Shown: positions 18,666 to 28,793 of the stretch, in pieces
Layout of the letters: every line of letters begins with the position of its first letter
How positions within the stretch are numbered: the stretch's first letter is position 1
Assembly (NCBI GenBank): GCA_031362565.1
Contig: JANLSU010000065.1
Span: forward strand, 1 to 60,734
Origin: a bacterium
GTDB lineage: Bacteria; Krumholzibacteriota; Krumholzibacteriia; G020349025
Reading direction: 5' to 3'
Length of the DNA stretch: 60,734 bases
Made by a program: the position numbers and the translations under genes
The notes under the pieces: generated by a model
What the model saw: only the letters and a program-made list of their open reading frames with translations
Databases searched by the model: none
What the model was told of the DNA's origin: nothing

Positions 18666-20123
18666 ATGTCGCCTTTGCGCCGGCCCCGGATCTTCGCCAT
18701 AGCCGCTGTTACGGCGCTCACGGCCGCAAGCATGTCCGGCTGCGCGGCGTCGCATATTCAGTTCATGCGCGAGATCCGCGCCGACTTGGACCGCGCCGAT
18801 TTCGCTGCAGCGTACGGCGCCTACAAGAAGAAAGCTCGCTCGACCGAGTCCGTCGACAAGCTCCTCAATTTGGGGCTTTTGGCTTTCGAGGCCAACGATC
18901 TCCCTGAAGTGCAACGGGCACTGGCGGCGGCCGACCAGCACGCCGAAGAGGCGCTGACCAAGAGCGTGTCGCGCGAGCTGCTGAGTCTCGTGACCTCCGA
19001 CGCCAATCGCGCCTACCCGGGAACCGCCTTCGACCGAGCGATGCTGCATTACTATCGTGCGCTCGCCTACGTGGCAGCGAACGACACGCCGGCGGCCGTT
19101 GTCGAAGGCCGCGCGATCGCGACGTTTCTGGACGTCAACGCCCGCGACGGCAAGAACCACTATCGCGACGATGCCTTTCTGCAATGGTTTTCAGGATCGC
19201 TCTACGCGAGCGCCGGCCAGGACAACGACGCGTGGATCTCGTACAAGCGCGCCCGCGAACTGTTCGCCGACTACTATGAAGTGGCCGAGCCGTCGTTCCT
19301 CTGTCCGTTGACGGTGCAGGCAGCGCAATCCGCCGGCGTGCCGGATGCGGAGGCGCGGGTTCCGCAAGCCTGTCTCGAGGCCGCGCAACGCCTGCACGAG
19401 GGCTGGGGACGGGTCATCGTTCTTTGCGAAGCGGGGCAAGTGCCGCCGCTTCTCGAACAGAACATCGTCTTCCCGTTCCTGAAAACCGACCGCCGCGCGT
19501 GGAAAGACGATACCGAGCGCTGGGACACCGCGCGCCACCTCTACGAACGCGGCCCGCAATACCAGTACCAAACAACTGAACTCGAGTACTTGCTGCGCGT
19601 GGCATTGCCCTACTACCCGCCCGATTACACCGGGTCGCGCGTGACCGGGGTGGCGGTGCGCGAGCATGACGACCTGCAGGCCGACGCCGAATTGTCGCAG
19701 AACATGAGTGCGATCCTGCGCCGGGATCTGGACGACCGCATGGGGAGCATCGCCGCGCGGGCCATCGTCCGCGGGCTCGTCAAGTATGCCGCAACCAAGG
19801 CCGTCGAGCCGGACGACAACGACGACAAGAAGGACGGCGACAAGGAGGGCAAGAAGAAGAACAAGAAACAGAGCTGGCTCGAGAAGGCGCTTCCGGACAT
19901 CGTGAACGCGATCGGGGTGCTGACCGAATCTGCCGACACACGCTCCTGGGAGACCCTTCCCGACCGCATCTATGTCGCCGATTTTCAATTGCCGCCCGGA
20001 TACCACGAACTCTCGGCCGAGTTCCGGGACCGGGCCGGAGCCCGGCTCCAACACATCGATTTCCCCGGCACGGTTGTGAAGAAGAATCAAATCGTCTTCC
20101 TGCGTGCCCGCTGCCCGCAGTAG
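18666..20123 (+). CDS. COG3014-like TPR lipoprotein
   Basis: Lipobox MSGC; helical repeats; ADTRSWETLP motif; directly follows the lpoB-like gene. Confidence 0.75.
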   Translation: MSPLRRPRIFAIAAVTALTAASMSGCAASHIQFMREIRADLDRADFAAAYGAYKKKARSTESVDKLLNLGLLAFEANDLPEVQRALAAADQHAEEALTKSVSRELLSLVTSDANRAYPGTAFDRAMLHYYRALAYVAANDTPAAVVEGRAIATFLDVNARDGKNHYRDDAFLQWFSGSLYASAGQDNDAWISYKRARELFADYYEVAEPSFLCPLTVQAAQSAGVPDAEARVPQACLEAAQRLHEGWGRVIVLCEAGQVPPLLEQNIVFPFLKTDRRAWKDDTERWDTARHLYERGPQYQYQTTELEYLLRVALPYYPPDYTGSRVTGVAVREHDDLQADAELSQNMSAILRRDLDDRMGSIAARAIVRGLVKYAATKAVEPDDNDDKKDGDKEGKKKNKKQSWLEKALPDIVNAIGVLTESADTRSWETLPDRIYVADFQLPPGYHELSAEFRDRAGARLQHIDFPGTVVKKNQIVFLRARCPQ

Positions 20124-20243
20124 CTTGCCATCGGAGCAAACCGGGGTTATCGTTGGGGCGTCATCCCTGTGTTGCGCCGTTGACCAGGCCTGTGCGGCCG
20201 CGATGCCGTATGCCTGGAACCATCACACGAAGGATGTCGAACC

Positions 20244-20708
20244 ATGTCCATTCGCGATCACCGGCGGTGGATCCCGGTTGCCTGCATTGCCATGGTGGGC
20301 CTCGGGAACACGTCGTGTGAAGACACGGCGACGCCCAGCTCCGGCCTCGAAATCACCAACGGCGTCGAGAGCTTTGGCCTTCGTGAGGTGACACTCAACG
20401 GCCCCCGCGCGTGGGTGCACCTCATTCGGTGGGGCCGTGAGGGCGAGCGCTTCGAGTCCCGCTTCACCGCCTCCTACCCATCCGACGACTGGTCTGCCAT
20501 CGCGGCGAGCGTCGATATGGACGTGTTGTCGGCACTGCCGGCCGACACGCCGTGCGACCTCGAGCCTTGTCGGGCCACCGAGTGGCTGGAGGTCCGCAAA
20601 GGGACGCGCTCCAAACGGTTGACGTTTCCGGCCGGCGCGAGCTTCCCTGAGATCGCGACCTTCCTGCAGGCGGTCCGTTCCGTCCGCGAGTCGGTGGAGC
20701 AGCCCTGA
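20244..20708 (+). CDS. Hypothetical lipoprotein
   Basis: Signal peptide ending in Cys (GLGNTSC); AAGGA upstream; fills the intergenic gap. Confidence 0.6.
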   Translation: MSIRDHRRWIPVACIAMVGLGNTSCEDTATPSSGLEITNGVESFGLREVTLNGPRAWVHLIRWGREGERFESRFTASYPSDDWSAIAASVDMDVLSALPADTPCDLEPCRATEWLEVRKGTRSKRLTFPAGASFPEIATFLQAVRSVRESVEQP

Positions 20709-20742
20709 ATCGCACCTTTAGTCCCTGCTTCCTTGGAGAACA

Positions 20743-21237
20743 ATGGTCACGAAGGAGCAACTCGCCGCCGCCATGACGCGCGAGTGCGATGTGTGTGTGC
20801 ATCTCTTCGGCAAACTGACGCCCGACGCGTACGCCTACCGGCCTTCGCCCGCGCAGCGCACCACCCTCGATCTCTTGCGCTACTTGTCGATTTGCGGCAT
20901 CGCCGGCTTACGTTGCATGGCGGAACAAAACTGGAAACTGTTTGGTGAATTTGCGGCGCGCTCCAAGGAAATGGCCGCCGAAGATTTCCCGGCCGCGATG
21001 GAACGCCAGAAGGCCGAGATCACCGCGTTCTTCACCGCAGTCGACGAGCACACGCTGGAGACTCAATCCGCACCACTGCCGGGCGGCGGCACGGCACTCC
21101 TCGGGCTCGCGATCCTCAACGGACCTTTCAAATGGATCGCAGCTTACAAACTGCAACTCTTCCTATACGCCAAGACAACCTGTGCGCCCGACATTGGAAC
21201 CGCCAATGCCTGGCACGGAGTCGACCGCCGGGCCTAG
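20743..21237 (+). CDS. Hypothetical protein, DinB-like four-helix fold
   Basis: YRPSPAQRTTLDLLRYL and YKLQLFLYAK resemble DinB motifs with the His ligands replaced; GGAG RBS. Confidence 0.6.
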   Translation: MVTKEQLAAAMTRECDVCVHLFGKLTPDAYAYRPSPAQRTTLDLLRYLSICGIAGLRCMAEQNWKLFGEFAARSKEMAAEDFPAAMERQKAEITAFFTAVDEHTLETQSAPLPGGGTALLGLAILNGPFKWIAAYKLQLFLYAKTTCAPDIGTANAWHGVDRRA

Positions 21238-21270
21238 GTCGCCGGGGCCAAAACGCCGCGCCTCAAACGA

Positions 21271-21298
21271 CGAGGGAGGCGGTCGCCCGCCTCCCTCG
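21271..21298. terminator. Hairpin between convergent genes (probable bidirectional terminator)
   Basis: Perfect 12-bp stem CGAGGGAGGCGG-TCGC-CCGCCTCCCTCG; weak U-tracts. Confidence 0.55.
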
Positions 21299-21328
21299 CT
21301 GTTGCGTACGATCGCGCCTCGCCGGGCG

Positions 21329-23050
21329 TTACTTGATGACGCCGCCCGTGCGCGCCGTGTCACGTGGGTCGACCGCGCTGGACTTGCCGCCCATGCGGCG
21401 TTTCATCTCTTCGGTCGACAGCTCCTTCAGATCGTCGGCCTTGATCGCATAGAGATCCTTCACGGTCTTGCCGTGCGCGAACAAGTCGAGCGCCTTCTTG
21501 AGCTGATCGTCACCCTCGATCGACACCAGATACGCCGCCTTGGTGCCGTGCAGGCGCCGCACGACCTCGCGCCGCAGGCCCCGGTCGACGTAGACGGCGT
21601 TCGAGTCCCATGCCGCCTGGGTGTACGTGAACTTGTCGTCGACCAGCATCTGCTTGAACTCGGTCAGAACTTCCGGTGTCACCTTGAATTCCTTGACGTT
21701 CGGATGCTTGGCCGCCCATTTCACGGCGTACTGGAACAGGTAGTTCTTGCGCTCGAGATCGATGTCGAACTGCGTCAGTTCGCTCTGCGGAATCGTGACA
21801 TCCGGCGTGATGCCGCCGCCACCGCGCACCGTCCGCTTGCCGACGGTGAGGAAGGTTTCCGTCGAGTCGGGCGCTTCCTTCTTCGCCTTGTCGAGCTTCA
21901 GGTCGCCGGGCTTCGGCGGCGTCACCTGGGCTTCTTCATCCTCGGCCTTGTCGCTGTCCTTGCGGTGTTCCTTGTGAATGCACCGGCCACTCGGCGTGTA
22001 GTACTTCGCCGTCGTCAGCTTGAGCGCTTCGGTTTCGGTGAGCGGATACACCGTCTGCACCGAACCCTTGCCATAGGAGGTCTCGCCGACGATGACCGCC
22101 GCATCCCAATCTTGCAACGCGCCGGCGACGATTTCCGAGGCGCTGGCGCTCGCTTCGTTGACCAGCACGACCAACGGATAGTTCCGCGCGTGCACCTTGG
22201 TCTCCGGCGTCGTGGAGTAGTAGTCGGCGTTCTGGCGCGGCGTCCGGCCGCGCGTGTAGACGATCTTTTTGCCCGAATCCAAGAACAACTGGCTCACGTC
22301 ACGGGCGGCGCGCAACAAGCCGCCTGGATTGTAGCGCAGGTCGAGCACTAGGCCCTTGATGCCTTGGGCTTCGAGTCCCTCGAGCCGCGTCTGCAGTTCG
22401 TCCGCGGTGTCCTGCGCGAAGTTGGTGACACGGATGTAGCCGACATCGCCGATCTTGAATGCGTACCGCACGCTCTCGATGGCGATGATGTCGCGCGTAA
22501 TGCCGTATTCGATGGGCTTCTCGACACCCTCGCGGTGCACCTTGAAATGCACGTCGGTGCCCTTGGGGCCGCGCAGCTTGGCAATCGCCTGCGAGATCGT
22601 CCAGCCGTACGTGTCGTTGCCCTCGATGTCGATGATCTGGTCGCCGCCCTGCACGCCCTGAATGTAGGCCGGCGTGCCTTCGATGGGCGCGATTACGGTC
22701 GGGTAGTTGTCGCGCACGGAGATCTCGATGCCGAGCCCGCCGAACGAGCCCTGCGTCGAAGTCATGAGGTCGTCGTACTGGCGGTCGTCCAAGAACTGAC
22801 TGTGCGGGTCGAGCCCGGACAGCATGCCGTCGATGGCCTTCTTGATCAGTTCATCGGGGTCGAGGTTCTCGTCGACGTAGTACGTGAAGACTTTCTCGTA
22901 CACATGGGTGAAGAGGTCGAGGCTCTTCATGACTTCCGCCTGATCCGGCGGACCCGTGCGCTTGGGTGTCTTGGGCGCGTTGTCGGCACGGAGCGAATTC
23001 GCGAACCACAGGACCAGGACGCCGGTGGCGAGGGCGGGCATCCATCTCAT
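21329..23050 (-). CDS. ctpA: S41A carboxyl-terminal processing protease (CtpA/Prc-like)
   Basis: Signal peptide, LDPHS, PDZ FGGLGI, LDLRYNPGG, SASASEI, YGKGSVQ, YYTPSGR. Confidence 0.92.
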   Translation of the reverse strand: MRWMPALATGVLVLWFANSLRADNAPKTPKRTGPPDQAEVMKSLDLFTHVYEKVFTYYVDENLDPDELIKKAIDGMLSGLDPHSQFLDDRQYDDLMTSTQGSFGGLGIEISVRDNYPTVIAPIEGTPAYIQGVQGGDQIIDIEGNDTYGWTISQAIAKLRGPKGTDVHFKVHREGVEKPIEYGITRDIIAIESVRYAFKIGDVGYIRVTNFAQDTADELQTRLEGLEAQGIKGLVLDLRYNPGGLLRAARDVSQLFLDSGKKIVYTRGRTPRQNADYYSTTPETKVHARNYPLVVLVNEASASASEIVAGALQDWDAAVIVGETSYGKGSVQTVYPLTETEALKLTTAKYYTPSGRCIHKEHRKDSDKAEDEEAQVTPPKPGDLKLDKAKKEAPDSTETFLTVGKRTVRGGGGITPDVTIPQSELTQFDIDLERKNYLFQYAVKWAAKHPNVKEFKVTPEVLTEFKQMLVDDKFTYTQAAWDSNAVYVDRGLRREVVRRLHGTKAAYLVSIEGDDQLKKALDLFAHGKTVKDLYAIKADDLKELSTEEMKRRMGGKSSAVDPRDTARTGGVIK

Positions 23051-23147
23051 GCGTGCTTTCAAGGAAGGCCTCCGACAGGTGTGAGCCCACCGAGTGTAGG
23101 CTGGCGGTCGCCGCAGCAACCAAGGCGCCATGTCCCCGAACAACCCA

Positions 23148-23163
23148 GGCAAGGAGCATTCCA
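23148..23163 (-). promoter_or_regulatory. Putative sigma54 promoter for ctpA
   Basis: TGGAATGCTCCTTGCC (GG-N10-GC). Confidence 0.55.
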
Positions 23164-23326
23164 AGCAGCCGAGTCGTTCCGCATGCGGCCACCGGGGGTC
23201 GAGGCATTCCCGGGGTTCAGGGCACCGAGGCTCCGTTTCGCAGCCGCGGCCCGCTTGCTGGCAGCATTTTAGGACTGTCAGCATCCCAAAGTCGTTCAAC
23301 AAGTTGGAGCCCGGGTCGGTTCCGGT

Positions 23327-24004
23327 TCAGTGCGGTCCGCCGAAGGCGCCGGTGCTGGCGGGCGCCCCGCCCCGGTGTGGCCCAGGCGCCACACGGCCAT
23401 CCGGACCCTCCAGCCGGGCGACCGAGTTCCGAACGTGCACGACCCGCTGCAGAACGGTGATCCAAGACAGAACCATCACGACCAGGATGGCGCCGGTCAG
23501 CGCCTGTGGGCCGCACAACAAGCCCGCGATGGTGACGACGACCCGCTCCGGGCGCTCGAACATCCCAACCTTGCATTCCAAACCGAGGCCCTCGGCGCGG
23601 GCCCGCGTATAGCTCGTAATGATCGATCCGGCGAGTCCCAGCAGCGTTACGATGGCGAGGGCTTCGGCGTGCGGGCCCCGCGTGCGCAGGAACCAGGCGG
23701 CGATGCCCGCCAAGACCACGGTTTCGTCGATGCGATCGATCGTGGAATCGAGAAAGGCGCCGTAGCGGCTAACGCGCCCGGTGCGGCGCGCCAATTGGCC
23801 GTCCAGCGCGTCGCAGACGCCGGCCACCGTCAAGAGCCAGCCGCTCACGAAGGCGTGTCCGAGGCCGACAGCGATACCGGCGACCACGTTCAAGCCAAGC
23901 CCGACGAGGGTCACGAAGGTCGGCGAGACGCCCGCCTGGGCGAGAACCACGACCACCGGCGTCAGGAGGGATCGGGCCCGTTCCTGCCACACGCTCTTGG
24001 TCAT
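23327..24004 (-). CDS. CDP-alcohol phosphatidyltransferase family protein
   Basis: DALDGQLARRTGRVSRYGAFLDSTIDR; SYTRARAE; ERPER. Confidence 0.92.
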   Translation of the reverse strand: MTKSVWQERARSLLTPVVVVLAQAGVSPTFVTLVGLGLNVVAGIAVGLGHAFVSGWLLTVAGVCDALDGQLARRTGRVSRYGAFLDSTIDRIDETVVLAGIAAWFLRTRGPHAEALAIVTLLGLAGSIITSYTRARAEGLGLECKVGMFERPERVVVTIAGLLCGPQALTGAILVVMVLSWITVLQRVVHVRNSVARLEGPDGRVAPGPHRGGAPASTGAFGGPH

Positions 24005-24043
24005 CCGTCACCCTCCCCAAAAACCAGCTCCAGGCTCGAACCG

Positions 24044-24059
24044 TGGCCTGGCGGTTGCA
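24044..24059 (+). promoter_or_regulatory. Putative sigma54 promoter for the histidine kinase
   Basis: TGGCCTGGCGGTTGCA (GG-N10-GC), 31 nt upstream of ATG. Confidence 0.6.
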
Positions 24060-24090
24060 CGTCGGGCTTGGATCCAACCCCGGAGTTCCG

Positions 24091-25437
24091 ATGGCCGACA
24101 CACAGCGCTTGGGTCTGGACCACGATACCCTGCTCGCCTACCAGCGACAGTATCACTCCCAGAAGCGTTTGGCGGAATCTCTCTTCGGATTGTTTCGCAC
24201 GCTCGGCAGTGCGCTGGAAGTGGAGCGGGTGGCCAACGTCGGCTTGCTGACGCTGACCGGGCAACTCCTCATCAAGGGTGCGGGGTTCCTCCAGCGTCAC
24301 GGCCACGTCTATCGCGTCGCTTCGACGGTCGGGACGCGCGATCCGCGTTTGATCGGGTTGCAATTGCGCAGCGCCCATCCGCTGGTCACGCGCTTGTTCG
24401 AGGAGCGCCGCCTTCTGGACCTCGCCAGTGCGGACGCCGTCGACCCGACCCTCGACAAACTGCGCATCCACGGCTTCACGAGCCTGTTTCCGCTCACCGA
24501 CGGCGGTGAGCCGCTTGGGATCCTCGCGCTCGGCCAAAAAATCGTCCCGGGGCCCTTGGCGGCGGAAGACCTGCAAATCCTCGATGCGTTCGGCGTCGTG
24601 ATTTCCGTCAGCCTCAAGCACTCCCTTGCGTTCCAACTCGTCGAGGCGAGCCGTGCCGAACTCGAACGGCTGAACGAAATGAAACGCGAGTTCTTGAGCC
24701 ACGTGTCGCACGAGTTCCGGACGCCGCTCACCGTACTCAAGAACATCTTCGAAATGATGGAAGTCGACCCCGAGATCGCTGTCATGCAACGTTCGGCGCT
24801 GGCGCGGCTCGAGAATCTCATCGATTCGGTTCTGTTGCTGAACGAGATCAACTCCCGCGGCATGAAACTCGAACCGCAATTGCTGGATGGCCAGGCCTGG
24901 ATCCACAACCAGGTCGAGCCGCTTCTCGACCTCGACGGCCAATTTCAGCTGCACGCCGATCTCGGCCCCGGGATGCTCGAATTCGACTCGTTCAAGGTTG
25001 GCAAGGCGCTCGAAGGTTTGCTCAACAACGCGGTCAAGTTCGGCGGCGAGGCCATTCCAGAAGTGGCGATCTACCGCAGCACCCGCAGCTTCGTCTTGCA
25101 ACGGATGCAAGATCCGGAGTGTGAATCGAGCAACCTGGCGATCGGCTTCATGCGGCCGACGGCGCCGGTCGCTCCGGACGACAGTGACGCGGCACTGGTC
25201 GTCGAAGTGAAGGACTGCGGTATCGGCATTCCGCGCGGCGAGCGCGATGCCATCTTCCAGCCGTTCACCCAGGCGGTGAATTCACCGACCCGCGGGGTCA
25301 GTGGCGCCGGGTTGGGTCTCGCCATGGCCAAGCGCATTGTCGACGCGCATGGCGGCGAATTGTTCTGCCGCAGTGTGGTGGGTGAAGGCACCATCTTCTA
25401 CATGGCGGTGCCGTGCGCACCCGTCGGCAGATCCTGA
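24091..25437 (+). CDS. Soluble sensor histidine kinase (GAF-like + HisKA + HATPase)
   Basis: SHEFRTPLT H-box, LLNNAVKF N-box, DCGIGIP, FQPFTQ, GAGLGL; no transmembrane segment. Confidence 0.92.
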   Translation: MADTQRLGLDHDTLLAYQRQYHSQKRLAESLFGLFRTLGSALEVERVANVGLLTLTGQLLIKGAGFLQRHGHVYRVASTVGTRDPRLIGLQLRSAHPLVTRLFEERRLLDLASADAVDPTLDKLRIHGFTSLFPLTDGGEPLGILALGQKIVPGPLAAEDLQILDAFGVVISVSLKHSLAFQLVEASRAELERLNEMKREFLSHVSHEFRTPLTVLKNIFEMMEVDPEIAVMQRSALARLENLIDSVLLLNEINSRGMKLEPQLLDGQAWIHNQVEPLLDLDGQFQLHADLGPGMLEFDSFKVGKALEGLLNNAVKFGGEAIPEVAIYRSTRSFVLQRMQDPECESSNLAIGFMRPTAPVAPDDSDAALVVEVKDCGIGIPRGERDAIFQPFTQAVNSPTRGVSGAGLGLAMAKRIVDAHGGELFCRSVVGEGTIFYMAVPCAPVGRS

Positions 25438-25452
25438 AATCGAATCCCGCCC

Positions 25453-26877
25453 TCAAGCCTCGACGACGTAGCTCGCGACATCGATCCCGTGCTGGCCCGC
25501 GTCGATCGACTTCAGGATTCCAAGACTGGCGGCGGTGGCCGTACCGGCGGCGAGATCGACCGTTGTGGGCGGTTCGATCCGAACCCCGGCCGGGTCGGCG
25601 ATGATTCGAACCATGGGCGCGCTCGGCGCGGCGGCGTTGTGCTGCACGACAACCGCCGTCGATTCATCGGTCAACAGAACGATGGTTCCCACCGGATAGA
25701 TGCCGGTGGCGTTGATGAACGCCCGCACGAGCATTGGGTCCAACCCCCAGGCCGGGTCGTCGCGCATGTTCTTGAGAACGCGGTCGGGCGCCCAAGGCTT
25801 GGAGCGGTAGCTGCGCACCGAGGTCACGGCATCGAAGGTGTCGACGACCGAAACGATGCGCGAATAAAGTGTCGGCCGCCGCGGCCGCACGACGCGCGGA
25901 TACCCCGAGAGATCGATGCGCATGTGATGCTCGTACGCCGCCAGCATTTGCCGCAATGGTGCGTCGGCGAACCCATGGATACGGAACAACGTCAGAAGGC
26001 CGAGCGCCGGATGCTTCCGCATCTGCGTCCATTCCGTGTCGGACAGTGCCCCTGGCTTGTTGATGACGTCGCGGCTGATGCGCATCTTGCCGATGTCGTG
26101 CAGGAGGCCGCAGAGGCCGAGTTCGTAGAGTTGATGGCGGTCCAACCCGAGCTTGTGTCCGAACACGACGCAGAAAATACAAACGTTGACGCTGTGCGTG
26201 AACGTATATTCGTCGAAATCCCGTAACGTCGTCATCCCGAGCAATGCAGACTCGTTGTTGAGCACCTGATCGACGATGCTCTGCACGGTGCGCTTCACGC
26301 GCCGGACGTTTGCCGCTTGGCCGAGGCGGACACCGGTCAGGATCTCGCGCGAGACGAGCACCGAACGTAAGTACACGCGCTTGGCCGCATCGGTGCGCTC
26401 GGGTGTCGCGCGGCCGCCGGCCTGCGCGAACACCGTGATATGCCGGACCCCGAGTGCCGCCAATTCCGCGACGACGTCCCCATAAGTCGTCACGCCGGTG
26501 GTCCGCCCGGTGAGCACCGACAGGAACTTGAGGCATTCCTCCGGTGCGATCCCGGGGGTCAGAGCGATGCCGCCGATCTGGAGGCGCGTGAAGAGCCGCT
26601 CCACCGAGTCGAACACCGTGTAGAGACCCAGATCGAGCGGCAGGCGCACTTGGTTCAAGAAGAAGCAGCCGCCGCCCATGCGTAATTCGAGATTCGATTC
26701 GGTCTCGAAGAGCCGCGTCGCCGTACGGTGCAAGTCCCGCACGACGTTCTGCACCGTCTGGTTCTCGGCTGGATACAACTTCACGGCCTGCAACGCCGCG
26801 TGGAACGACGCCACGAGGCGCCGGCCCTGAGCGCGCAGATTCGGACTGACAGGCGCGGCAATCGGCCCATTGTTCAT
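25453..26877 (-). CDS. HD-GYP domain cyclic-dinucleotide phosphodiesterase
   Basis: YTFTHSVNV, LHDIGK, KPGAL, HHMRIDLSGYP, DTFDAVTSVRSY. Confidence 0.9.
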   Translation of the reverse strand: MNNGPIAAPVSPNLRAQGRRLVASFHAALQAVKLYPAENQTVQNVVRDLHRTATRLFETESNLELRMGGGCFFLNQVRLPLDLGLYTVFDSVERLFTRLQIGGIALTPGIAPEECLKFLSVLTGRTTGVTTYGDVVAELAALGVRHITVFAQAGGRATPERTDAAKRVYLRSVLVSREILTGVRLGQAANVRRVKRTVQSIVDQVLNNESALLGMTTLRDFDEYTFTHSVNVCIFCVVFGHKLGLDRHQLYELGLCGLLHDIGKMRISRDVINKPGALSDTEWTQMRKHPALGLLTLFRIHGFADAPLRQMLAAYEHHMRIDLSGYPRVVRPRRPTLYSRIVSVVDTFDAVTSVRSYRSKPWAPDRVLKNMRDDPAWGLDPMLVRAFINATGIYPVGTIVLLTDESTAVVVQHNAAAPSAPMVRIIADPAGVRIEPPTTVDLAAGTATAASLGILKSIDAGQHGIDVASYVVEA

Positions 26878-28670
26878 GCCTGGCTCCTTTGCAGGGCGCG
26901 TTTCACCGCGGTACGTACGGCCGGCTCGGCGTCGTCAACGGCTTTTTGTAGTGCGGCCTGCGCCTCGGGGGCCGTGATCGACCCGAGGGCACGCGCCGCG
27001 CACGCGCGCACGTCGGGCGTCTCACGATGCCGGAGCACCCGGCGCCCGTTCAGCAACCGGTGCAGAAGCGGCACGGATTGCACGCCACCGGCGCGTGCAT
27101 ACGCATCCACGAGCGCTAGTTTGTCCCCGAGCGCGACGCTGCGAAATTCGCGCGCCGTGAGGATGGCCTCCAGGGCCGGCAACGCCGGCGCATGCTGCCA
27201 CGTACCGACACCCCAGGCGGCAGCCAAACGAATGTCGCGGTTCTCATGTTCGAGCAACGGGACGAGCAAATCCATCGCAGCGGGCACGCCGAAGGCGACC
27301 AGTGTTTGGATTGCGGCGCGTTGAATTTCGAGCTCGGGATGTTTCAGAAGCCGCCCGACCACCGGAACGAGGTCGATGCGTCCGAGCGGAACAGCCAGAG
27401 CGAGTGCCGCGGTCAGCAGTTGCGGATCCGAGGCCACCAGGGTCGTTGCCAGCACGCCCGGGTGGGCCACCGCGACGCGCTGTGCGGCGTCGCGAATCAC
27501 CTCGCGCAATTCGGCGTGTGCACACACGGTACTCGCGCCAAGCAGCGTCCCGAAGGCGTCGCCACCCGCCGGACGCAAGAGCAATTCGAGATCTTCGACC
27601 CGGCACGGATTCTCGGACGCGAAAAGACTTTGCCAGAATTCAGGGCGTGCCGTCAGTGCGACTGTCTCGCGCACGATCCGCTCGACCTCCACCTGCTGGA
27701 GCGCATCGACGAACCGGCCTTCCTCGATGACTTGACTCAGTTCTCGCAGCGTATGCACCGCGACGCGGGTTTCGCCGGCGGCGAGTTGGCGCGGCAGCAG
27801 TTGAGCCACGACTTGCAATGTCTCGGCGCGGATCGCTTCGTCCGGATCTTCGAGAAGGTCGAGAAGCGCATTCACGACGTCGATTTCCACATCGCGCTGC
27901 AACTCGGCCTCGATCGCGCGTCCAAGAGCCTCGAGGTCTTCCGGCCCGAGAGACACCGGGCGGGCGAGCTTGGCGTGCACCGACTCGGGCAGCCCGACGG
28001 GGTCTTGCCACGGCGCCGGAGCCGCCGCGGCAGCCGCCGGGGACGGCGGGCCTGCTGCGCTGTGCGGCGGCGTTTCGCTCGCATCTGCCGGTAGAGTTTC
28101 ATTGTCCGGCGCCGCGCCGCTCGTGCCGCTCAGCATAGTGCTGGAAGCATCGCCCGGCGCACTTCCGGTGGCGGGTTCGTGCGGCGCATCCTCGCCTTCT
28201 GCGAGCTCGACGTATTGATAGCGAAATGCCGTGAAGTCCTGCGCCCATAAAAGCGTCAAAAGATCTTCTTCGGTGTCGTGGGCGTTTTGCGCTGCCAGAA
28301 GCAACTGCACGAAGGCATCGATGTCGCGCTCTTCGAAGCCCGGTAGAAATGTAATGACCCGCACGCTGTCCTTGTAGAACAAGAACGGCAGGGAGCCGCT
28401 GCGGCGCTCCGCTTCGTGCACTGTCATTTGGTCGAAGACCAAACGGTCTTCGCTCACGGCGACCGTGAGTTCGGGGATGTACTCCCAGAGAGAGCGAAAG
28501 CAATCGCGGAGCGTGGAGAGGCGTCCACCGACTTGCGCATTTCCGGGACCGTACATCTCGTAGGCGCGCAGAAGTTGTTGCAGGGCGTTGAATACAGCCG
28601 CGACGCGCTCGCCGATCGCGGATTTTTCCGCGGTTTCGGCGCCACCAGTCGAGGCGTGGGTCGCAGGCAT
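26874..28670 (-). CDS. HEAT-repeat protein
   Basis: C-terminal HEAT repeats (IRLAAAWGVG, VRACAARALG); ATGA overlap with the HD-GYP gene. Confidence 0.85.
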   Translation of the reverse strand: MPATHASTGGAETAEKSAIGERVAAVFNALQQLLRAYEMYGPGNAQVGGRLSTLRDCFRSLWEYIPELTVAVSEDRLVFDQMTVHEAERRSGSLPFLFYKDSVRVITFLPGFEERDIDAFVQLLLAAQNAHDTEEDLLTLLWAQDFTAFRYQYVELAEGEDAPHEPATGSAPGDASSTMLSGTSGAAPDNETLPADASETPPHSAAGPPSPAAAAAAPAPWQDPVGLPESVHAKLARPVSLGPEDLEALGRAIEAELQRDVEIDVVNALLDLLEDPDEAIRAETLQVVAQLLPRQLAAGETRVAVHTLRELSQVIEEGRFVDALQQVEVERIVRETVALTARPEFWQSLFASENPCRVEDLELLLRPAGGDAFGTLLGASTVCAHAELREVIRDAAQRVAVAHPGVLATTLVASDPQLLTAALALAVPLGRIDLVPVVGRLLKHPELEIQRAAIQTLVAFGVPAAMDLLVPLLEHENRDIRLAAAWGVGTWQHAPALPALEAILTAREFRSVALGDKLALVDAYARAGGVQSVPLLHRLLNGRRVLRHRETPDVRACAARALGSITAPEAQAALQKAVDDAEPAVRTAVKRALQRSQA

Positions 28671-28723
28671 TCGAATGACTCTCCGTAGGAATTCGGTAGT
28701 TTACGGCCGTCTGAACCACGCAC

Positions 28724-28739
28724 AGCAAGCCCTATGCCC
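28724..28739 (-). promoter_or_regulatory. Putative sigma54 promoter for the HEAT/HD-GYP operon
   Basis: GGGCATAGGGCTTGCT (GG-N10-GC). Confidence 0.62.
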
Positions 28740-28793
28740 GCAGGGCCGGTGCCGGAGCGACGATGAAGCAAAGGTGTCTGGCGGTCCCTCGAG

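Noticed and set aside
15735..19184. Long antisense ORFs (578 aa and 538 aa; similarly 12425-13753, 31817-33337, 48568-50040, 52923-54521)
   Set aside because: Shadow ORFs opposite recognisable genes, expected at high GC3; no motifs or RBS support.
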